Assembly (NCBI RefSeq): GCF_030144855.1
Contig: NC_082733.1
Span: 32,054,001 to 32,118,000, forward strand
DNA from: Hypanus sabinus
Lineage: Eukaryota
DNA length: 64,000 nucleotides
Direction of reading: 5' to 3'
Of this stretch, positions 10,806-22,870 are shown piece after piece. Made by a program: the position numbers and the translations under genes. The stretch's first letter is position 1. The number at the start of each line of letters is the position of its first letter. Under the pieces are notes generated by a model that saw only the letters and a program-made list of their open reading frames with translations, ran no database searches and was not told where the DNA came from.

Positions 10806-12407
10806 TTATTCATTCTTTTGCTTTTTCTTCCATGCAATGTGACAAAGTCTCTTCAGTGCTACAACCACCAGCACTATTGCCATGAGTAACATGGACAACA
10901 GTAAGACCATCACATCCACACAATAGTAAGCATACCAGGGCAGTCGGTAGGATTCAGAACGCAAATGTCCTGCTCCTTTGTGTCGGGCAACGTACTCAAT
11001 CCAGAAAACGGCTCGCTCCATTGGGGACACTGGTTGGTCCCGGTGGAGGGCAGAGAGTTTCTTCATGTTGTCCCAGTAAAATGTGCCATTTATCACCTCA
11101 TGAAGTGCCTGCAATAGATTTGTGGAGTGCATGGTTGCAACATTAAGCACCTTTGCTGCACCTCGGGATTCAAGTCGAAGTAAATTGTCAAACTGATCAA
11201 AAATTAGAGGCATGCCAATCACTGGCACCCCGTGGTAGATGGCCTCGTAAATACCATTGGTACCACCGTGCGAAATGAAGACTCGGGTGTTGGGGTGTCC
11301 CAGAAGGTCGTTCTGAGGGATCCATTTTCTCAGTAGTGTATTATTACCTACATTGGGAGGGATTTCTCCATCATATCTCCAAATCACCTTCTGGGGTACT
11401 TGAGCAAATGCCTCAGCTATTTCCATTGTAATCTGCTTTGGCAAGGAATGGATAAAAGATCCTAATGACATCACTATAAGTCCATGCTTTCCTGAGCTTT
11501 GAACAAACTCTTCAAACTCTGCCGCTAATGGTTGGGCTGGTTTACACTGGAAGCCTCCAATGTAGACAATATTTGGCATGGTGGGTCTTGGGAATTCAAG
11601 TACAAAATCGACTCTCATCAGCCACACATCAGCCCTCAGCAGAATTGTCTTGATATCTGTGTCTGGACCCAAATATCGATGACAGAGCTCATTGTATTTG
11701 GGATAAATGGTAAGTTCTACAATGGATTGAAAGATTAGATGTTGGATGAAGTTTTGTGTTCTTTGAAGAAAGGACATTTTGTCTGTTAGGTTTGAGCCTA
11801 AGATTGGGACATAAGAAAGGGGGGATGGGACAAACAAGAAGTGAGCCTCACCAGATTCTAACCATCGAACATTATACACCAAAGGAAGTTTTAAATAATA
11901 AGCAAGCATTGATCCAGTAACAAAAAAAGGGTCTGAAAGCACCAGGTCAAAGTTTGCCTTTTCAAGTTGGCTTAGTAATGTTTTGTTTTGAAATATTTCA
12001 CTAGTAGTCAAATGGAAAATCTTCTGACAGCGCTGCACAAGTTGTAGAATTACAGATTGGAACTCAATATTGTCACTGAAGCTCCACCCATCCTGCCCAA
12101 GCTGCAGTGTTTTATGAAGATATATTTCAACTATATCCTTTACTTCAATGTTTTTCAGTGGAATTACGATAGATTGATATAGGTTGGGCCTTTCATTGAT
12201 ATACCAACTTTCCTCAATATAAATCACCGTGAAGTTGTGTCCACGAGGTTTCAGTTCCTCCAAGAGAATTCTCATGTTGATCCAATGACTTCCATCGACA
12301 GGTACAACTAATACATTAGCTGACTGAGTGATGGTACAAAGCAAACTGATGATAATTCCAAAGAGAAATGGGACAAGTGCTCGGCTTTCCCATCCAAAAC
12401 CTTCCAT
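10806..12407 (-). CDS. ugt5: UDP-glucuronosyltransferase, single coding exon (Ugt5-like), copy 1, N-terminal type A
   Basis: Signal peptide; VPVDGSHW (catalytic His); SDPF; WLMRVDFVLEFPRPTMPN; UGT signature WIPQNDLLGHPNTRVFISHGGTNGIYEAIYHGVPVIGMPLIFDQ; C-terminal TM and KKKQKNE (KxKxx ER motif). The track start 12425 is TTG; the first ATG is at 12407, just after a pyrimidine-rich ...ctcgagcag acceptor (AG at 12430-12429). The Ugt5 family call rests on motif recall. Confidence 0.93.
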   Translation of the reverse strand: MEGFGWESRALVPFLFGIIISLLCTITQSANVLVVPVDGSHWINMRILLEELKPRGHNFTVIYIEESWYINERPNLYQSIVIPLKNIEVKDIVEIYLHKTLQLGQDGWSFSDNIEFQSVILQLVQRCQKIFHLTTSEIFQNKTLLSQLEKANFDLVLSDPFFVTGSMLAYYLKLPLVYNVRWLESGEAHFLFVPSPLSYVPILGSNLTDKMSFLQRTQNFIQHLIFQSIVELTIYPKYNELCHRYLGPDTDIKTILLRADVWLMRVDFVLEFPRPTMPNIVYIGGFQCKPAQPLAAEFEEFVQSSGKHGLIVMSLGSFIHSLPKQITMEIAEAFAQVPQKVIWRYDGEIPPNVGNNTLLRKWIPQNDLLGHPNTRVFISHGGTNGIYEAIYHGVPVIGMPLIFDQFDNLLRLESRGAAKVLNVATMHSTNLLQALHEVINGTFYWDNMKKLSALHRDQPVSPMERAVFWIEYVARHKGAGHLRSESYRLPWYAYYCVDVMVLLLSMLLMAIVLVVVALKRLCHIAWKKKQKNE

Positions 12408-12795
12408 ATTAAGACGAATATCCAAAACCTGCTCGAGAATGGAAAAGAAATACTGTTAACAAGACATCAATTTGTTATTCAATTAAATGTGCTAGGTTTT
12501 CTAAAATTGACTCCTTCTATCTTAGGCCACGAACTTATCAATCACACCTCGTATGTTACATTCAACAATAGCTTATCAAATATTAGGCCAAAACTGATCA
12601 GTAAGTGTTGCACTTCCATTTTGAACTTATGGTTCTTTTGGGAGCCAGCATGGATTCTATGGGCCTCTTCTGACCAATACCCCAACTTCTCTTCCCAATT
12701 CCATGGACCCAGAAGTCCTTAAGTTTCTCCCACAATCTCTTATTCCATCTATGAAGGAGAAGCTTGCTTGGGCACATTCAGCTTATTTTTTTTTT

Positions 12796-13080
12796 GGGAG
12801 ATACAGTTCAATATAGAGTAGGTCCTGAGCAGCACCACCGACAAACTTCAATTTAAATCTAGATTAATCACAGGACAATTTACAATAACCAATTAATCTA
12901 TTAAACAGCATGTCTTTGGAATGTAGGGGGAAACCAGAGGATATGGAGGAATCGCAATCGTTCTATGGGGGTGGGGGTGGTGGTTGGGTTGGTACAAATT
13001 CCTTAGAGAGGACACTGAGATTGAACTCCTACCTCCAATGCCCTGGGCTGCAATAGTGCTGTTCTAACTGCAATGCCACT
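12796..13080 (-). mobile_element. V-SINE/HE1-like tRNA-derived SINE in the UGT intron (present in every unit; further SINE fragments to ~13395)
   Basis: Minus strand has a B-box-like gagttcaatc and a V-domain-like ggtttccccctacattccaaagacatgc...taattggttattgtaaattgtcc; family assignment is from recall. Confidence 0.6.
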
Positions 13081-13400
13081 CAGTATCCACCCGCACTTTG
13101 TTGGGAGGTGGGAAGCAATTGACACACCCAGAGCTCCACACTATGGTCAAAGGGGGAATGCTTATACTACACAGAAAACATACCCTCCCCCGTTACATTT
13201 GCTGTTGCAGTTTCCTCAGAGATCTGTGGTAGTTTGTTGTCCAATGTAAATTTCCCTGGCGATGGACAAGTGGGATGGAGGGGTTGGAAGACAAAATGTA
13301 TGACAGAACATTGGGGAGATAAGGAAAGGAGAAAATGGGACCAATGTGGTTTTCTTTTGGGAGCCAGTGTGGACTCTGTGGGTCAAGCAACCTGACCAAA

Positions 13401-13465
13401 AGCCGACAGTAACTCAGATAACCTCACACCTCAACAGGTACTTAATAAAGTTGCCACTGAGAGTA
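13401..13465 (+). mobile_element. Tc1 right-end fragment with TIR
   Basis: gtacttaataaagttgccactgagagta is approximately the reverse complement of the TIR at ~1386-1415. Confidence 0.6.
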
Positions 13466-14059
13466 TGTTTACTCTGAGATTGCACAGTTAATTACACGTG
13501 ATCTGGTAAACTGTACCTTTGCTGTACATTTGGAGACACTGACACTGACCAAATCTTTTGGATTTATGTTCATCCAAGCTTCCTGCATTTTGTCATCTGA
13601 CAGATGCAAGAATCTGTTACTTTGTCAAATTGTAACCAGTAAAAACATCTTTACACCAGTAGGTAATTGTGAGTTTTAATTTACTGGTGTTTCAACTCTC
13701 CCAACACTCTCTGAATCCCGGAGAAGGAAACTAAATTCTATCCGTGTCTGCATCTTTCACAACTTTGGATTCTGTAAACGGAACAGCGCCGCTCACCGGG
13801 ACAATTAACATTTATCTCAAACATTATTTTCAGTTTTTAACAGCTATAAAAACTAAATCCCCACGCTATTAAGCGAAGGAGAGGATAAGAGGGAGTCGAA
13901 TATTCATCGGTGAACCAGCCTTTCCCCCGATGCTGCTTCTAAGTATGTTCACTTTGCGAGAACTAGGCGCACAGCTTCAGACCAGATTATAAATTGCGTC
14001 TGTAAGATTACTTGTACTTTAAAGTTTCTGTACTTTTTGTCAATTAAATGTAACTTTTC

Positions 14060-14470
14060 ACTTACTTTTTAAGCCGATATTGAGCGTCCGAGGAAGTCTG
14101 GTCCTGGAGATAGCGATCAGGCAGGACGCAGCGAAGTTCAAGAATTTTCACACGGACCCCATTTTACAGAATCACCAGAAACCTTGTGTAAAGATATCTA
14201 AACTGCCTCGTCGTGGTTTATATCGGTTAGGGCTACCTGAATCACAGGGCGTGTATTCGTGCCGAGTAGGCGATGCCGATCAATAATTGTTCTCGGAAAG
14301 TTGTTAGCGACAAGCCTCCTTCAACTGCCGTAGTCCATGCCAATCATTTCAGAGGGTAAAAAGCGATTTCCTGTGTCTTTGGAGAGGCTCATGATTCCTT
14401 CATCCAGAACCCAGAAACCAGCGGGTATCCCTCGCTCATACCCTCTTCCTTTGTGATCCGCCCCGCACCT
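14060..14470 (-). promoter_or_regulatory. Predicted promoter and non-coding exon 1 of UGT copy 1
   Basis: TATAAA at 14217-14222, CCAAT and GC box upstream; donor GTAAGT at 14065-14060 would pair with the acceptor at 12430-12429 (intron ~1.64 kb). Confidence 0.55.
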
Positions 14471-16052
14471 CCTGCAAGAGAGACCCTTTGTTTTCCAGAA
14501 ACCGGACACTGCGGAGCACTCCCGATAGTTCCATGACCTCCAACTGGAATGAATGTTACAGCACGTTACCAAAACAAGCCCAACTAACTGACGCAACATT
14601 CACAGGCTGAGCAAATGGCTCCTTACTTCCGCCACATCCAAAACTCTAGTCTACGAAGGTTAACAACACACAGCATTTGCAGAAAAGCTGCTGAAAGCGT
14701 AAACGCATAGCAGTGGATATAGTACAAAACAGGTTCTTAACTCGAGCGTTGCATAGGGTAAGAACTGTTGTCATTTAGATGATCCCCAAGACCTGCGCAT
14801 TAAACAAAGACAGAATCTTATTTCCCTTAAGGTTAAAAACTGAACAGAAACACTCCTTGAGAACCTTACACATCCTCTGTGATTCGCTACAAGGATGTCC
14901 ACTTTGGTCTTTAAGGAGCCCTAATTTCTTTCCAGTTACCATTTTAAACCCTTAATACCATTATAAATCTCTTGGATTTTCCTTCATCTTCTCTGCCGCA
15001 TCTATCTCATGCTCCCTATTTTTCCCTTCCTCACTCCCATCTTGAGTAGACTCCTGCAAACCCCACACTCCTTCCAGGATTCATTTGATCCCAATTGCCT
15101 GAACCTGACCCGTGGCTACTCCTTCATTCTGAGCAGAACCTCAAAACCGCACGCTAAATTTTGATTTCACAAGGTTCCCCAGGGCAATCTGCATCTTTTT
15201 TTCTGTATTTAAGACACAACGCTCAGTGGCAACTTTACAGAGTACACTTGTACACCTGCTCGTATATGGAAATCTCCAATTAGCTAATAATGTGGCAGCA
15301 ACTTAATGCATAAAAGCATGGTTAAGAGGTTCAGTTGTTGTTCAGACCAAACATCAGAATGGCAAAGAAATGTGATCAAAATAACTCTAACATTGGATTA
15401 TTTGTTGGTGCCAGATGGGGTGGTTTGATAACCTCACAGACTGCTGATCTCCTAGAATTTTCACACACAAGACTAGAAAATAGTGTGAAAAACAAAAAAG
15501 AACATGTCTTGTTAATATGTGAGGTTAGTGGTGAATGGCCAGACTGGTTTAAGCTGACAGGGGGAGACAAAAACTCAAATAACCATATATTCAAAGTGTT
15601 GTGCAGAAAGTACTTGGTGTTTTACTCATGTCCTACTTCATGGGTTGTGGTGGAGATGATTGAATACTTCAATGTCAACTGTGGTGTTATGATATGGTAC
15701 CTCCTGAAAGTCTTGCTTCCATTGAGAATTGATGGCATCATTTTCCTTTTGCCCACCTTTGGAGCGAAGGGGATTTAGGCCATGATGGTTTGATTCATAC
15801 GCTGCCTTGATAGCAAAATAGGAACTCCTGATATCACCAGAGTCAGTGAGCTGTTGTATTTCTTGGGCCCTCTCAGTTAACTACTGCTTCTTTATTTCAT
15901 GTGACCGGCTTTCTCCACTGGCAGAAAATCTCCTGCCTGGGTTGTAGTGTGGCTTCCTTCCAGACAGAGGAACATTTGATATGATTTTTATAGCACTTCA
16001 TTTGCAGGAGAAAGCCCAGGAACAAAGTGTTCCACTTTATTTGGCCTACATA

Positions 16053-17124
16053 TGTCATGGTGCGATCCTTGAAGCCCCATTCCGGCTCACGCAACCTGTG
16101 TCTGGGGCATCGCCTTGCCTCTACCTGGAGCCTTGCCCTGTTTGGAACTGTCTGTCTGTGTCCACGCCGTGCTAGGTAGGTCCGGCCGTTTTGCCACTAC
16201 GTAGCATTGGGAACTGTCTTGTCGTGTTCAGCGTTCTCTGTAATGAGTCCTGGCCCTATGTCCTGCATACAAGGAGGGGTCCTGGCTCAATGTTCCATGT
16301 TCCTGTCTCTCCCTCGACTCTGTGTTCTGCGATGCTGTTCTTCCTCAACCCAGGCTCTGTGTGCTGCGATCCTGTTCCCCTTTAACCCAGGCCCTGTGTT
16401 CTGCGTTGCTGTTCTTCCTCAACCCAGGCTCTGTGTTCTGCGTTGCTGTTCTTCCTCAACCCAGGCTCTATGTTCTGCGTTCCTGTTCTCCCTCAACCAA
16501 GGCTCTGTGTTCTGCGTTCCTGTTCTCCCTCAACCAAGGCTCTGTGTTCTGCGTTCCTGTTCTCCCTCAACCAAGGCTCTGTGTTCTGCGTTCCTGTTCT
16601 CCCTCAACCAAGGCTCTGTGTTCTGTGTTCCTGTTCCCCTTTAACCCAGGCTCTGTGTTCTGCGTTCCTGTTCTCCCTAGACCAGGGGTCTGTGTTCTCG
16701 TCTTGTCAAAGTGCCTTGCCCAGCCCGGTGCTGGGATTCCCTCGCCCTGTGCTGGGGTTCCCTTCTCCTGTCCAGGAGTCTAACATCCAGCCCTGTGCCT
16801 CTCCTCGTCCTGTAGCCACGTCTTGTCCTCATCTGGTTCTGGAGTCTGAGCACGAGTCAATACCCAGGTTCCGGGTCCTTGTCCAGTCTCTGGCTCGGAG
16901 TCCAAACCCAGGCTCCTAGTTCCCAGTTTCATGTCTTGGTTCTGCTATCCTCGTCAAGTCCTAGCCCAGGCCCGGAATCCTCATCTCGTCCGGGGCCTCT
17001 GTCATATCCAGTTTCCTTTCTTCCTCACTTTTCCTTGCTTCCTTCTCGCACCTAGTCCTGTTCCTGGTAGTTCAGTGTCTGTGTCTTGCATATGGGTCCA
17101 TTCCCAATTTCCCCCTTTATGACA
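16053..17124. mobile_element. Solo LTR-like insertion (unit 2)
   Basis: Same termini and TSD. Confidence 0.78.
16318..16699 (+). repeat. 37-bp minisatellite, 10 units
   Basis: 370 bp / 37. Confidence 0.95.
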
Positions 17125-18859
17125 TCATAGACCTTATAAAAGCATTTGGCACTGTAAATCGTCCTGCCCTTTGGCAGGTACGTTCTGTCCAAAGTCAGGT
17201 GGTCAGAGAAATACCTCAAGATCCTGCAGCTCCTACACAATGATATGAGTGAAAGATTCATCAGCATCAGCAGCTCTGAAACGGCACTGTTTAAGGTTGA
17301 GACTAGGGTCAAACAGGGTCGCATCACCCCCTCCCCCCCCCCAACTCTGCTTGTCATTTTCATTGGAACCATTGTTCACCTCACAGGCCAAGTCCTCCCA
17401 CAAGGAGTCCAGATTCTCTATAGGATGAGGGGGTTGTGCTCTTTATCCTTAACAGGTTCGAAGCATAGAGCAAAGTGTCAACTACTTCCATCATGGAAAT
17501 CCAATCTGCAGATGACAACTCCAACACTGCTCACTCTGAGGAGGATCTGCGGTACATAATGGATGCTTTTACCAGATCATACAATCTCCTGGGACTTGAG
17601 CTAACATCAAGACAAAACACAATTACTGCACCAAGACCCACAAGTGACCAGATATACCAGCATGAGAAGAATCATACTCGACTATGAGCGATCGATGATG
17701 ATGTGCAGAAGAGCATCTCTGAATACATAACACATTGAACCTTGAAGTGGATGGCTACAGCAGCAGATTAGAATGAACATGCACTCAGTGGGCACTTTAC
17801 TAGGTACAGGAGGTCATTAACCAACTAGCTATTAGGTGCATAAAAACCAATTATAAGTGTATTGTACTCAAGCAAAAAACAATGCAATTATTAAAAAATC
17901 GATTAGGTGTCACACAGATAAAAGCTCCAATCTGAACACATTTTAAGGCATCACAGTTTGGAGTGAATACAACAACATTTAAGGGGTGATAGGATAAAAT
18001 ATGAGGAGAATTTGCATTGTCTAGGCTTGTAATCAATTGAATCTTGATATTGCAATGGAGTAGAGATACAACATTAATACAAGTGTAGTGGGGAGTTCAG
18101 GTGCACGCAATTTGCATGTCACAAACTCAGGGCATTTGGAACTCTCTCCACAAAAGCTGCTCAGCACGTTACTTGATTGATGAGGATTGATAGAATTTTG
18201 AGCAAGTATGTAAAGGTTAATACATCCAAAACATTGATGGTACCTGAATGAAACAACAGGCTGGAGGGACTGTGTGGCTCATTCCTTGTGAATCCTAAGG
18301 ATATTGCTGCCCATATATGTGCAGATGATATATGTATATACATTTCTGAAAGATGAAATCTAATAGTTGGGTATGTTACTCGTGACAAACAGCACCAAAG
18401 ATACCCTTGACATTGAAAGTTGACCTATGCTGCATCAGCAAATATATTTTGGACCAAGCTACCACTAGAATAGAATAGAATTAATTGGCCAGGCACTAAA
18501 ATCAGAAAAGTTTCAAAGGAATATATATTTATTTATATAGAATATAAATATAAATCAATTAATTATGTAGTAACTATTTAAATTTTTTTAAGTACATTTT
18601 TATACCTAATCAGTGACATTACATGGAATATGGCAAAGGAATATTACTTTATTAACAGAACTCAAATTGTTGTAATTATTTTAAAAACAAAAGTAATGTT
18701 TGTACATCATCAGTGGCATAACATGGGTGTCACAGCAGTGTAATGGAACCTGATGCTTAGACGTCGAAGAAACATTCCAACATGAGTGATGTAAGAAGTG
18801 ACTGCACATCACATGATCAACCAATCTGAGAAATGTAGCAATTCCTGCTTAGCAACACA

Positions 18860-21800
18860 ATAGACAATAGGTGCGGAAGTAGACCATTCGGCCCTTCGAG
18901 CCTGCACCGCCATTCTGAGATCATGGCTGATCATCTACTATCAATACCCGGTTCCTGCCTTGTCCCCATATCCCTTCATTCCTCTATCCATAAGATACCT
19001 ATCTAGCTCCTTCTTGAAAGCATCCAGAGAATTGGCCTCCACTGCCTTCGGAGGCAGTGCATTCCAGACCCCCACAACTCTCTGGGAGAAGAAGTTTTTC
19101 CTTAACTCTGTCCTAAATGAACTACCCCTTATTCTCAAACCATGCCCTCTGGTACTGGACTCTCCCAGCATCTGGAACATATTTCCTGCCTCTGTCTTGT
19201 CCAATCCCTTAATAATCTTATATGTTGCAATCAGATCCCCTCTCAATCTCCTTAATTCCAGCGTGTACAAGCCCAGTCTCGCTAACCTCTCTACATAAGA
19301 CAGTCCGGACATCGCAGTAATTAACCTTGTGAATCTACGCTGCACTTCCTCTATAGCCAGGATGTCCTTCCTTAACCCTGGAGACCAAAACTGTACACAA
19401 TACTCCAGGTATCGTCTCACCAGGGCCCTGTACAAATGCAAAAGGATTTCCCTGCTCTTGTACTCAATTCCCTTTGTAATAAAGGCCAACATTCCATTAG
19501 CCTTCTTGACTGCCTGCTGCACTTGCTCATTCACCTTCAGTGACTGATGAACAAGGACTCCTTGATCTCTTTGTATTTCTCCCTTACCTAACTCTACACC
19601 TTTCAGATAATAATCTGCCTTCCTGTTCTTACTCCCAAAGTGCATAACCTCACACTTATTCACATTAAATGTCATCTGCCAAGTATCTGCCCACTCACTC
19701 AGCCTATCCAAGTCACCCTGAATTCTCCTAACATCCTCATCACACGTCACACTGCCACCCAGCTTAGTATCATCAGCAAACTTGCTGATGTTATTCTCAA
19801 TTCCTTCATTTAAATCGTTGATGTAAATGGTAAGCAGCTGTGGTCCCAATACCGGGCCCTGTGGCACCCCACTAGTCACCGCCTGCCATTCCGAGAAACA
19901 CCCATTCACCGTTACGCTTTCCTTTCTATCTGCCAACCAGTTTTCTATCCGTGTCAATATCTTCCCCCCAATGCCATGAGCTCTGATTTTACCCACCAAT
20001 CTCCTACGTGGGACCTTATCAAATGCCTTCTGAAAATTGAGGTACACTATATCCTCTGGATCTCCCTTGTCTAACTTCCTGGTTACATCCTTGAAAAACT
20101 CCAATAGATTAGTCAAGCATGATTTGCCCTTGGTAAATCCATGCTGGCTCGGCCCAATCCTATCACTGCTATCTAGATATGCCACTATTTCATCTTTAAT
20201 AATGGACTCTAGCATCTTCCCCACTACTGATGTTAGGCTAACAGGACGATAGTTCTCTGTTTACTCCCTCCCTCCTTTCTTAAAAAGTGGGATAACATTA
20301 GCCATTCTCCAATCCTCAGGAACTGACCCTGAATCCCAATGTATCCGCATTTTCCAGAGCCACCTCCTTTAGTACCCTAGGACGCAGACCATCTAGACCT
20401 GGGGTTTGTCAGCCTTCAGTCCCATCAGTCTACTCATCACCGTTTCCTTCCTAATGTCAATCTGTTTCATTTGCTCTGTTACCCTATGTCCTTAGCCCAT
20501 CCATACATCTGGGAGATTGCTTGTGTCTTCCCTAGTGAAGACAGAGCTAAAGTACTTATTAAATTCTTCTACCATTTCTCTGTTTCCCATAACAATTTCA
20601 CCCAATTCATTCTTCAAGGGCCCAACATTGTTCTTAACTATCTTTTTTCTCTTCACATACCTAAAAAAGCTTTTGCTATCCTCCTTTATATTCCTGGCTA
20701 GCTTGCGTTTGTACCACATTTTTTCTCCCCATATTGCCTTTTTAGTTAAGTTCTGTTGTTCCTTAAAAATTTTCCAATCATCTGTCCTCCAACTCACCTT
20801 AGCTCTGTCATACTTCCTTTTTTTTTAAATGCTATGCAATCTCTGATTTCCTTTGTCAACCACTGTGGCCTCTTTCCCCCCTTTGAATCCTTCCTTCTCT
20901 GGGGGATGAACTGATTTCGCACCTTTTGCATTATTCCCAAGAATACCTGCCATTGCTGTTCCACTGTCTTTTCTGCTAGGATATCCATCCAGTTCATTTT
21001 GGCCAGCTCCTCCCTCATGACTCCATAGTCTCCTTTGTTCAACTGCAACACTGACACCTCTGATCTGCCCTTATCCTTCTCAAATTGCAGATAAAAACTT
21101 ATCATATTATGGTCACTACCTCCTAATGGCTCCTTTACTTCAAGATCACTTATCAAATCCTGTTCATTTCACACTAAATCCAGAGTAGCCCTGTCCCTGG
21201 TCGGCTCTCGTACAAGCTGTTCCAAGAATGCATCCCTTAGGCACTCTACAAACTCCCTATCCTGGGGTCCAGCACCAACCTGATTCTCCCAGTTCACCTG
21301 CAAGTTGAAATCCCCCATAACTACTGCGACATTACCTTTGCCACATGCCAATGTTAACTCCCTATTCAACTTGCACCCAATATCCATGCTACTGTTTGGT
21401 GGCCTGTAGATAACACCCATTAGGGTCCTTTTGCCCTTACTGTTCCTCAGTTCTGTCCACACAGACTCCATTTCTCTTGATTCTATGTCGTCCCCCCCCC
21501 CCCGCAAAGGACTGAATCTCATTCCTCACCTACAGGGCCACCCCACCCCCTCTGTCCACATTTTTGTCCCTACAATAGCACGTATACCCTTGTACATTCA
21601 TTTCCCAGGTCTGATCTCCCTGCAACCATGTCTCCGTTATCCCAACAACATCATAGTTACCCATTCGCACCTGAGCTTCAAACTCATCCGCCTTATTTCT
21701 GACACTTCGTGCATTCAGATATAGAATTCTTAGCCTATTTCTCTTCTGTCTGTTTGAATCGCTGCCTATTGTGCTTAACCCAGCTCCCCGAACTCCCATC

Positions 21801-22870
21801 GGGCTACACGCTCCTTGAATTTTGTTGTCCTTCCTAAATTTACTTATTATTTCTGCACATTTAACTCCAAGTTCCATCAGACCATCCCTCTGTACATGTG
21901 TCCTCCTCATCACTTGTTCCGCCTCACCTTTCTCTACTACACACTTAATATTCTGGAACTGTGTAGTCCTCACTTGTCCTTTATTCTTCATCTCGCTATC
22001 CTCTCTCGCATTCTGGATCCCCGCCCCCGCAATTCTAGTTTAAACACCCCCCCCCCAAGAAGCACCACCAAACTTCCCTGCAAGAATGTTAGTACCGCTC
22101 AAGTTCAAGTGTAAACCATCCCGTCGGAACAGATCCCACCTTCCCTGGAACAAAGCCCAAATATCTAAAAACCTGAAGCCCTCCCTCCTGCACCATCCTC
22201 TCAGCCACATATTAATCTGTATAATCCTTCTGTTCCTTGCCTCACTCGCACGTGACACAGGTGGCAATCCTGAGATTGTTACCCTGGAGGTCCTGCCTTT
22301 CAACTTTGCACCTAACACCCTGAACTCACTACGCAGGGCCCCCTCACTCATCCTACCCATGTTGTTGGTCCCTACATGGAACAAAACATCTGGGTTCTTG
22401 CCCTCCCTCTCAAGAATAACCTGCACCCGATCTGAGATGTCCCGGACCCCGGCACCAGGGAGGCAACATACAATCGGAGACTCCCGATCTTCTCCACAAA
22501 ATCTCCTATCTGCCCCCCTGACTACAGAATCCCCTATCACTACCGCTCTCTTCTCTTCCTTCCTCCCCTTCCCAGTCGAGGGTCCAACCTCAGTGCCAGA
22601 GACAGGACCACTGCAACTTGTTCCTTGTAGGTCATCCCCACCAACAGTATCCAAAACAGTATACTTATTCTTAATGGGAACTGCCACACGGGTGCTCTGC
22701 TCTCTCTGTCTGCTTCACCTGCCTCTCATGACTGTCACCCATTTGCCTATCTCCTGTCTTTTTGGTGTGACTACCTGCTGATAACTCTTATCTATCTCTG
22801 CCTCTACCTCCTGAATGATCCGTAGTTCATCCAGCTCCTGCTCCAATTCCCTAACTCGGTCTGATAGGAT
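18860..22870 (-). mobile_element. CR1-clade LINE (unit 2)
   Basis: Same element; RT frame open over 18941-20224; possible TSD AACACA on both flanks. Confidence 0.93.

Larger units (their letters stand above)
15609..17701 (+). mobile_element. RTE-clade LINE relic (unit 2)
   Basis: Paralogous copy with the same TSD. Confidence 0.78.

Noticed and set aside
12408-12425. N-terminal MDIRLN extension of the UGT ORFs
   Set aside because: It starts at TTG just inside a splice acceptor; the downstream ATG gives a normal signal peptide. An upstream coding exon is not excluded, but none was found.
12966-12993. G-rich tract as a functional G-quadruplex
   Set aside because: Lies inside a decayed SINE, varies between units, and has no other support.
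1386-13465. Inward-facing Tc1 TIRs flanking the UGT exon as a composite transposon that amplified the gene
   Set aside because: Sequence outside the TIR pair, including the promoter, is duplicated equally; the TIRs are degenerate and no per-unit TSD is seen. Unequal crossover is the simpler explanation.
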